From the NCBI RefSeq assembly GCF_004010195.1, contig NC_057719.1, positions 53,846,204-53,910,203 on the forward strand: a stretch of DNA of 64,000 nt, written 5' to 3'. Each line of letters begins with the position of its first letter. Positions within the stretch are counted from its first letter, which is position 1. This document shows, in pieces, positions 55,275-64,000 of this stretch. Position numbers and translations under genes: made by a program. The DNA is from Chiloscyllium plagiosum. Its lineage: Eukaryota. The notes beneath the pieces were generated by a model. It was given only the letters and a program-made list of their open reading frames with translations. It was not told where the DNA came from and did not search any database.

Positions 55275-55453
55275 GAAAAATGTGAGGACTGCAGAGGGAG
55301 ATCAGAGTTGAAAAGTGTGGTACTGAAAAAGCACAGTAAATCAGGCAGCATCTGAGGAGCAGATGTTAAAGGGCTGATGCCCAAAAGGTCAATCCTCCTG
55401 CTCCTTGGATGCTGCCTGACTTGCTGTGCTTTTCTAGCACCACACTTTTCAAC
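55275..55453. mobile_element. Older fold-back mini-PLE (family 1)
   Basis: Inverted arms; degenerate TSD aatatcacag / aacatcacag. Confidence 0.8.
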
Positions 55454-55848
55454 ACCAACATCACAGAGAACGCTTCTTGTGCATTGGTTTTATGCAACTT
55501 ATATCCACGGATGTGGTCAGCTTCTAAGAATCCTCATGGCACATCTCCAATCCACTTCTGCACTTCAATACTGCACTAGGAACCATTGTTATACTGCTGA
55601 GGGAACACTTTGCACTTAAGGACTAGACAAAGGCTACATTTTGCCCCTCTTCGCTTGTTATCATAGCACTCACAGCATCCCTGCCTTGCATAATCTTGCT
55701 TTACTTTTTTGCATTTTCCTCCCTCAGACAGAGTGACCAAGCTCATATTCCTGCTGGCTTGCAGTGACATTTGTTGAAGATACCAAACCTGGACGTCACC
55801 ATGATTGTCAGCAGTCCTCAGTCAAGGTAAATAGCCTTCATTCACAAC

Positions 55849-56470
55849 GTCATAGTCATGGAGATGTACAGCATGGAAACAGACCCTTCAGTCCAACTCG
55901 TCCATGCTGACCAGGTATCCCAACCTAACGTAGTCCCATTTGCCAGCACTTGGCCCATATCCCTCTAAACCTTTGCTATTCATTTGCCTTTTAAATATTG
56001 TAAATTGTACCAACCTCCACCACTTCATCTGGCAGCTCGTTCTACACATACACCACCCTCTGCATGAAAAAGTTTACCCCTTAGGTCCCTTTTAACTTTT
56101 TTCCCTCTCACTCTCAACCTATGCCCTCTAGTTCTAGACTCCCCCCACCCCAGGGGAAAGACCTTGACTACTTACCCTGTCCATGCCCCTTAATTTTATA
56201 AACCTCTATAAGATCACCCCTCCGACGCTCCAGGGAAAACAGCCCCAGCCTATTCAACCTCTCCCTAGAGCTCAAATCCTCCAACCCTGGCAACATCCTT
56301 GGAAGTCTTTTCTGAACCATTTCAAGTTTCACAACATCCTTGTGATAGGAGGGATACCAGAATTGCACACAATATTCCAAAAGTGACCTAACCAATGTCC
56401 TGTACAGCCTCAACATGACCTCCCACCTCCTACACTCAATGCGCTGAACTATAAAGCAATGAATATAGCA
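55849..56470 (-). mobile_element. CR1/HER1 LINE 3' fragment
   Basis: LRLYRTLVRSLLEYCVQFWYPSYHKDVVKLEMVQKR...LGLFSLERRRGDLIEVYKI. Confidence 0.92.
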
Positions 56471-56519
56471 CAGCCTCTGATCAATTCCACGGCTTGAACA
56501 GGGTCTATCAATCACTTAG

Positions 56520-57060
56520 CATAGCCAGAAATCAGGATGATTTTCACAGAAGCAAACAGACAACAAATGGGCCAGAACTAAGCTCTGTAGTCCTACCACA
56601 TCCAGTTGTGAATGGTAGTGGACAGTTAAACAAATTCGCTGGAGGTGGCGACTCCAGAAATAATCGCCATCCTCAATGATGGAAGAGCCCAACACTTAAG
56701 TGCAAAACACGGGCTGAAGTATACGCAACAATCTACAGCCAGAAATGCTGAGTAGATGATCCATCTTGGTCTCCTCCAGTGGTCCCCAACATTACAGATA
56801 CCGGTCTTTATCCAATTCGATCCACTCCACTTGATATCAAGAAATGGTTGAACACACTGGATCCTACAAAATCTCCAGGCCCTGATTATATTCTGGTAAT
56901 AGTATTGAATACTTGTTCTCCAGAACTGGTCATTCGCCTAGCTAAGGTCTTGCAGCACAGTAACAACACTGGCATCTGCTCGACAATGTCAAAGTTACCC
57001 AGGTGTGTCCAGTACATAAAAGGCAGGACAAATTCAACATGGCCAATGTCTGCCCCAACA
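56520..57060 (+). mobile_element. CR1-clade LINE (second family) ORF2 fragment
   Basis: TPLDIKKWLNTLDPTKSPGPDYILVIVLNTCSPEL. Confidence 0.85.
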
Positions 57061-57065
57061 AGTGG

Positions 57066-57150
57066 TAATTGCTGAAAAATCTCAGGTCTGGTAGCATCTG
57101 TGGAGAGAAATCAGAGTTAACAATTTAGGTCCAGTGACCCTTCAAGAATT
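57066..57150 (-). mobile_element. Relic pLTR of an older PLE family
   Basis: Minus strand ttcttgaagggtcactggacctaaattgttaactctgatttctctccacagatgctaccagacctg, with stem II GGTC-actg-GACC. Similar relics lie near 2180-2225, 6885-6950 and 21715-21780. Confidence 0.55.
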
Positions 57151-58259
57151 TCTAATTTTGTCACAAAGTTAGTAACCATGTTTTCAGTCATTTCATCCAA
57201 GTATTTAATATAGATTGTAAACATCTAGGAACTGATCCTGTGGCACTCTACAGGATTCAGTCGAGCAATCCAAAAATGTAGGATTAAGTTTAAATTTTTC
57301 AATAATTAGTTGTACTTTGGTTATGTGCAATGATTAAACCTGCAAGGTATTATGGTTATATTATGTTTAATTGTGGTAAATATAAGACACCAGTGTCACT
57401 CAATGTGGGCCGTTGCCTATGGCTGCATTATGAAGAGAGAGCTATTATATGGCTCCAGGCTAATAGTAAATTATGGATGAAGGAGACTCACTATTATGGC
57501 TAACTTTATTACTGAAGAAATGTGAAGGCACTTTGAAGTGAAACAGTATTCCGTTTCAAAACACTGCTATATTCAGGACTGGCTTAGCAGTTTAATTTAA
57601 AGCACTTTAAAAGAGAAATAGTCATTTCTTTTAAAAATATCTAACTAGATATCTCTAGCAAAACAGGAGAAATCAACAGAACAAAAGACAAGTTTCTAGT
57701 CAGCCAGAAGACAAGAGCTGGTTTCCTATAGTCCCTCAGTTAAGTATTACTGCTTTATACTTATTTTGATAAAATTAATAAATTCTCTGAAACGCATGTG
57801 AACACATCCAACAGAGTGGTCTTATAACTTGAGAGAACTGAAAAAAAAAATTGGAAATCAATCTGTAATTATGTCCTATACTTACAGTGAATACTTCAGA
57901 GTCAAGAGTGTAGCACTGGACAAATACAGATAGGAGTGTGTGGGGTAAAAGCAGGAGCAGGGTACTAAGTTGGATGATCAGCCATGATCATATGGAATGG
58001 GAAAGCAGGCTTGAAGGGCTGAATGGCCTATTCCTATTCCTAGTTTAAATGAAGCTTTGACATCATCCATGACAAAGCAGCTCACTTGATTGATACCACA
58101 TCTACAAACATTTACAGTAGTAACAATGTGTACAAAATGCCCTGCTGAAATTCACCAAGGCTCTTTAGAACACTGTAAGTATAGGACATAATTACATGAC
58201 AAATTAGTCCCTATTTTCTGCTTCCTATTAACAAAACATCATCTAGTCATGATAATACA

Positions 58260-58525
58260 GGGTGGCACGGTGATTAGCACTTCTATCTCACAGCACCAGG
58301 GTCCTAGGTTCAATTCCAGCCGTGGGTGACTGTGTGGAGTTTGCACATTCTCCCTATGTCTGCATGGGTTTCCTCCAACAGTCCAAAGATATGCAGATCA
58401 GGTGAATTGGCTATGCTAAATTGCCCTATAGTATTAGGTCAATTAGTCAGAGGGAAATGGGTCTGGGTGGGTTACTCTTCGGAGGATCGGCCTGTTTCCA
58501 CATTGTAGGGAATCTAATCTAATCT
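58260..58525 (+). mobile_element. HE1-type SINE
   Basis: gggtggcacggtgattagcac...ggttcaattcc...gggaatctaatctaatc. Confidence 0.88.
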
Positions 58526-60028
58526 CCTACACCTTGCGCTCTTAATTTGCATAGAGCAAATCTTGTATTTGAATCTCAATTTTTTTTATTTGAGATTTTA
58601 ACCAATAGGCAACAGTCTAATGCAGTAACTCGGGAATCTTAACCTACAGATATTACTTAAGAAAACAGACCAGTGACTTTGCAGGTGGACTACTCAGGGT
58701 GCAAGTCAATATTTTGTTTCTTATCTCTCTCCAATGCTTCAAAGGCTTCAATTCCCAACTATAAGCAGAATAATTTCAAGCTTTTTCATATGTGTTTTGC
58801 CCATCATTGGCTATTGCTTCTTAACTCTTTCCAAACTACAACCCATTCATTGTAATAATGTAATGAATCATTCTAATTGCTGTAAGATAAGCAAAACTTA
58901 TTGCTAATTGGTTTAAGGGATGCATGATCAATGTCTAATTGGCTCTTAAAGCTGATGGACATTGATTGATGTCACATTCTGCTATCTCCTCACTGGTTTC
59001 TTAACTTGTCAATTATTCATGGGTCCTTCCTCTTCATTAATAAAGTGACAATACCAAAACTTAAAATAAGTATTCTTTGCTTCTTTGACAAAAAGAGAGG
59101 CATTTTTAGTCACAACTCAAAAGATTGATTACCTTGAGTTCATGTCTCAAATGTTGTCCAGATTGACCAAGTTCCCATTTTATCAGATACCTGTTTTTAA
59201 TCACCAAATTGATTTTACCTTAGAACAAATGACTTATTAATTTGTCCTTTTGGTTTGTTTCCAAGCACTTAAACATATTTGTTCCCTTTTACACCTTAAA
59301 GGAAAAACTAATATAGAAGAAACTGATCTCTACAAATTGTTTTGAAGCCGAAGATAATATGTTTGTAATGAAATAAATTGTTACAAAGTTAGGTCTAATA
59401 CAAAGGTCACATTTAGTGATGTTTTGGAAATACACCAAAGGGTCCAATTGTGATTGTAATTTCCTAGCAATGGTTAACAAGCTCAGGAATGTCCCAGCTT
59501 CCCATTTTCAACCTGGAAAGTCTGAACCTGAAATGAAATGGATACCCCTTAAACCTGTAAGTCCAAACATTAGGTTATTGTGTTCACCTGCATTTCTTCA
59601 AGAAATTAAGCTAAGCAGAGTCATATGATGCTAATGTCAAGATCTGCATTGGTTATACTTAAGCAGAATACTATCTGACAAATCAATTAATTTATTTGTC
59701 ATAATATATTAATAGACATCTCTTCAAACCACTGTTGATGTTCCCTGTCAAGAAACCAAAGCTATCATCAGAAGTGCTGTTTATGAAGGATTTAAGGGCA
59801 AGTCAGGCAGTGTGTCACCAGGTTAGCTCTGAGGCACAGATTGGACAGCTCTTTCTTCGCAGAACCCACAATGTTCATTGACGTTGAATTCCCATTGTAG
59901 CTTTTCTATTGCTACTGCCATTTTTGGATCAGGCTGATGGAGATATTTGACTGGATTAGGCAATAGTTGACTTACAATAGTCAGCTCCTGTCATTAATGC
60001 AGATAATTAAAATATCTTTCTGATCAAA

Positions 60029-60950
60029 GGCAAAAGTGAGGACTGCAGATGCTGGAAGCCAGAGTTTAGATTAGAGTGGTGCTGGAAAAGCACAGCAGGT
60101 CAGGCAGCATCTGAAGAGCAGGAAAATCGATGTTTCAGGCAAAAGCCCTTCATCAGGAATAGGGGCAGGGAGCCTCCAGGGTGGAGAGATAAATGGGGGG
60201 AGGTGGGGCTGGGGAGAAGGTAGCAAAGAGTACAATAGGTGATAGGTCAGAGAGGAGAGTGGAGCAGATAGGTGGGAGGGGAGATTGGCAGGTAGGACAG
60301 GTCATGAGGGTGGTGCTGAGCTGGAAGGTTGGAACTGGGGTAAGGTGGGAGGAGGGGAAATGAGGAAACTGGTGAAGTCCACATTGATGCCCTGGGATTG
60401 AAGTGTTCCGAGGCGGAAGGTGAGGCGTCCTTCTTCCAGACGTCAGGTAGTGAGGGAGTGGCGGTGGAGAAGGCACAGGATTTGCATGTCCTCGGCAGAG
60501 TGGGGGGTGGGTTGAAAAGATGGACCACGGGGTGGTGGGATTGATTGGTGCAGGTGTCCTGGAGATGTTCCCTAAAGCACTCTGCGAGGAGGCATCCAGT
60601 CTCCCCAATGTAAAGGAGACTGCATCAGGAGCAACGGATACAATAAATGATGGATGTGCAGGTGAAACTTTGATGGATGTGGAAGGCTCCTTTGGGGCCT
60701 TAGATGGAGGTGTGGGTGCAGGTTTTGCAATTCCTGCAGTGGCAGGGGAGGCTGCCAGGAAGGGAGGGTGGGTTGTTGGGGGGCGTGGACCTGACCGGGT
60801 AGTCATGGAGGGAACAGGCTTTGTGGAAACGAGTGGGGAGGGAAATATATCTCTGGTGGTGGTGTCCGCTTGGAGGTGGCGGAAATGTCGGCGGATGATG
60901 CGATTAATGCAAAGGTTAGTAGGGTGAAAAGTGAGGACCAGTGGGGGTTC
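60029..60950 (-). mobile_element. Inverted 3' portion of PLE family 1 (RT thumb/GIY-YIG, 3'UTR, pLTR and tail), joined at its truncated 5' end to the + strand copy
   Basis: Reverse complement matches 62970-64000 (PPLVLTFHPTNLCINRIIRRHFRHLQ). HHR motif on the minus strand at ~60129-60157. Tail ends ...ctcacttttgcc at 60029. Confidence 0.92.
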
Positions 60951-63900
60951 TGTCATCTCAAACATCAAAAATTGTAAGTACAACAAACTTTTATACACCC
61001 ACCTCCATAACCAGCACTCAAACATTCCATAAGATTCTCCCAGACTCTGGAACTGCTCAGACGCAATTAGCCATGTGGCTGGTACAGCCACCATCCCATG
61101 ATGATCGATGACATCACTTCCGCCTCCATCATGGCCACTTCTGCCCCGCACGATTCCTCATGCACCATACGTGACATCACTTCCGCCCCCCACGTCATCA
61201 CTGACATCATGCGTTCAGCGATTTCCTCCCCATCTACTGCTGTGTTCACCACCAGCTCTGCCTCCACCAATGCCACTCACCTACGTTCTGCTGACAGGAA
61301 CACCTCCTCTTCTCATAACTCCACCCCTACCACCACACCCACTCCAGTTGCAGGCTCCACCCTCACTCCCAGCTCCACACCCACACCGGGTCCCAGCTCC
61401 CAGCCCTGCCGAGTTTTCACCATCCCTCCAAACCTTCCCCTCACTGAGGATGAAAGATCAGTCCTCAGCAAAGGCCTTACCTCCATTCACGCATCAATGA
61501 ATTTAATGTGCATTGTGACATCGAACACTTCTTCCGCCAACTCCGCCTCTGAGCTTACTTTTACAATCAGGACTCCCGCCCATCTTCAAGGACCCCTTTG
61601 CCCACCTCCAACACACTGCATCCACTTGGACACCCCGCGCTGGCCTATTAACTGCCCTCGATCTCTTCATTTCCAACTGCTGCCGAGACATTAACTGTCT
61701 CAAACTGTCTACCTCCCTCCCCCACTCCAACCTCTCACCCTCACAACGTGCAGCCCTCCACTCCATCTGCTCTAATCCCAACTTCACCAAGCCAGCAGAT
61801 AAAGGGGGTGCAGTGGTAGTTTGGCGCACTGACCTCTACACCGCTGAAGCCAGACGCCAACTTGAAGACACCTCCTCCTACCGCCCCCTCGAACATGACC
61901 CCATCCTCCATCACTAAATCATCATCTCCCAGACCATACAGAACCTCATCAGCTCAGGAGATCTCCCAACCGCAGCTTCCAACCTCCAATTCCAGGAACC
62001 CCGCACTACCCGATTCTATCTCCTTCCCAAGATCCACAAGTTTGACCAGCCTGGCTGAACCATTGTCTCAGCATGATCCTGCCCCACCGAACTCCTCTCC
62101 ACCTACCTCGATACTGTCCTATCCCCCATAGACCAGAAACTCCCCACATATGTTTGAGACACCACCCATGCCCTCCACCTCCTCCAAGACTTCAGTTTCC
62201 CTGGCCCCAATGCCTCATCTTCACCATGGACATCCAATCCCTCTACACCTCCATCCGCCATGACCAGGGCCTCCAAGCCCTCCGTTTCCTCCTCCCGCAA
62301 CCTCCCCAACAGTACCCTTCCACTGACACTCTCATTCGTTTGGCTGAGCTTGTCCTCATCCTTTGACAATTTCTCCTTTGAATCCTTCCACTTCCTCCAG
62401 ATCAAAGGGGTAGCCATGGGCACCCATGTGGGCCCCAGCTATGCCTGTCTCTTTGTTGGCTACATAGAACAGTCCATCTTCCGTAGTTACACTGGCACCA
62501 CTCCCCACTACTTCCTCCACTACATTGATGACTACATCGGCGCCACCTCGTGCTCCCGCGAGGAGTTTGAACAGTTCATCAACTTCAACACATTCCACCC
62601 TGACCTTAAGTTCACCTGGACCATCTCTGACACCTCTCTCCCCTTCCTGGACCTCTCCATCTCAATAAATGACAACCGACTTGACACTGACATTTTTTAC
62701 AAACCAACCGACTCCCACAGCTACCTGGATTACATCTCTTCCCACACTACCTCCTGCAAAAATGCCGTCCTGTATTCCCAATTCCTCCATCTCTGCCGTA
62801 TCTGCTTCCAGGAGGACCAGTTCCACCATAGAACACCCCAGATGGCCTCCTTCTTTAGAGATCGCAATTTCCCTTCCCACATGGTTAAAGATGCCCTCCA
62901 ACACATCTCATCCACATCCCACACCTCTGCCCTCAAACCCCACCCCTCCAAACGTTACAAGAACAGAACCCCCCTGGTCCTCACTTTCTACCCGACCAAC
63001 CTTCACGTTAACCGCATCATCCAACGACATTTCCGCTACCTCCAAATAGACCCCACCACCAGGGATATATTTCCCTCCCCACCCATTTCTGCCTTCTGCA
63101 AAGACCGTTCCCTCTGTGGCTACCTGGTCAGGTCCATGCCCCCCTCAACACCCACCCTCCCAATCTGGCACCCTCTCCTGCCACTACAGGAATTGCAAAG
63201 CCTGCACCTCCTCCCTCACCTCTATCCAAGGCCCCAAAGGACCCTTCCACATCCATCAAAGTTTCACCTGCACATCCACCAATATCATTTATTGTATCCG
63301 TTGCTCCCGATGCGGTCTCCTCTACATTGGGGAGACTGGACGCCTCCTCACAGAACTTCAGGGAACATCTCCGGGACACCCGCACCAATCAACCCCACCG
63401 TCCTGTGGCCCAACATTTCAACTCCCCCTCCCACTCTGCTGAGGATGTGCAGGTCCTGAGCCTCCTCCGCTGCTGCTCCCTCACCACCCGATGCCTGGAA
63501 GAAGAATGCCTCATTTCTGGATTAGTGGTGCTGGAAAAGCACGGCAATTCAGGCGGCATCCGAAGAGCAGTTCCTCGGATGCTGCCTGAACTGCTGTGCT
63601 TTTCCAGCACCACTAATCCAGAATCTGGTTTCCAGATCTGCAGTCATTGTTTTTACCTAGAAGAACGCCTCATCTTCCAGCTTGGAACACTTCAACTCTA
63701 GGGCATCAATATAGACTTCACCAGTTTCCTCATTTCCCCTCCCCCCGCCTTACCCCAATTCCATCCTTCCAGCTCAGTACTATCCTCATGACCTGTCCTA
63801 CCTACCAATCTCCCTTCCCACCTATCCGCTCCACCCTCCTCTCTGACCTATAACCTGCATCCCCACCCCCATTCACCTATTGTCCTCTTTGCTACCTTCT

Positions 63901-64000
63901 CCCCACTACCGCCCCCCCACCTCTAGCTTATCTCTCCACCCTGGGGGCTCCCTGCCTCTATTTCTGATGAAGGGACACGTTGATTTTCCTGCTCCTCGGA
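60951..64000 (+). mobile_element. Penelope-like retroelement, family 1 (Neptune-type); 5'-truncated, near-complete but frameshifted ORF plus 3' pLTR, running off the window end
   Basis: N-terminal LTEDERSVLSKGL; KPADKGGAVVVW (DKG motif, ~61790); RT motifs [22 protein letters not shown] (ORF 62260-63459); Cys linker CHYRNCKAC; GIY-YIG IIYCIRCSRCGLLYIGETGR (ORF 63116-63442); pLTR at ~63960-64000. Several stops and frameshifts. Confidence 0.95.
63515..63658. mobile_element. Fold-back mini-PLE nested in the endonuclease region of the host PLE
   Basis: Inverted arms tggattagtggtgctggaaaagcac.../...gtgcttttccagcaccactaatccagaa. Flanked by agaagaatgcctcat (63500-63514) and agaagaacgcctcat (63659-63673). 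Confidence 0.9.

Noticed and set aside
60153..61151. 332-aa minus-strand ORF as a gene
   Set aside because: Chimera across the inversion junction: antisense of one PLE copy plus shifting frames of the inverted copy.
1013..63985. CRISPR-like array from the recurring palindromic repeat
   Set aside because: Copies are dispersed in both orientations with no regular spacers or cas genes, and the context is eukaryotic.

Overview
This is 64 kb of AT-rich, repeat-dense eukaryotic DNA. I found no recognisable host protein-coding gene, so it is intergenic or a large intron. The repeat inventory (HE1-type V-SINEs, CR1/HER1 LINEs, a DeuSINE-like relic) points to an elasmobranch (shark) genome; this is an inference. 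The dominant signal is Penelope-like retroelements (PLEs) of at least two families plus older relics. They encode RT and a GIY-YIG endonuclease and carry a minimal hammerhead-ribozyme (HHR) motif in their terminal repeat (pLTR). Many PLE insertions are tiny fold-back (inverted-repeat) elements of about 110-210 bp with 10-16 bp target-site duplications (TSDs). In these, one arm always carries a ~33 nt 'tail' and the other never does, and the turn-points cluster at the HHR. Also present are a ~450 bp internally deleted PLE with two HHR-bearing repeats, a decayed Gmr1-like LTR retrotransposon (tRNA-Pro-like PBS, AACC TSD), a second Gypsy remnant, and several unique homeodomain-site-rich stretches that may be enhancers. 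Boundaries of old repeats are approximate and were read by eye.
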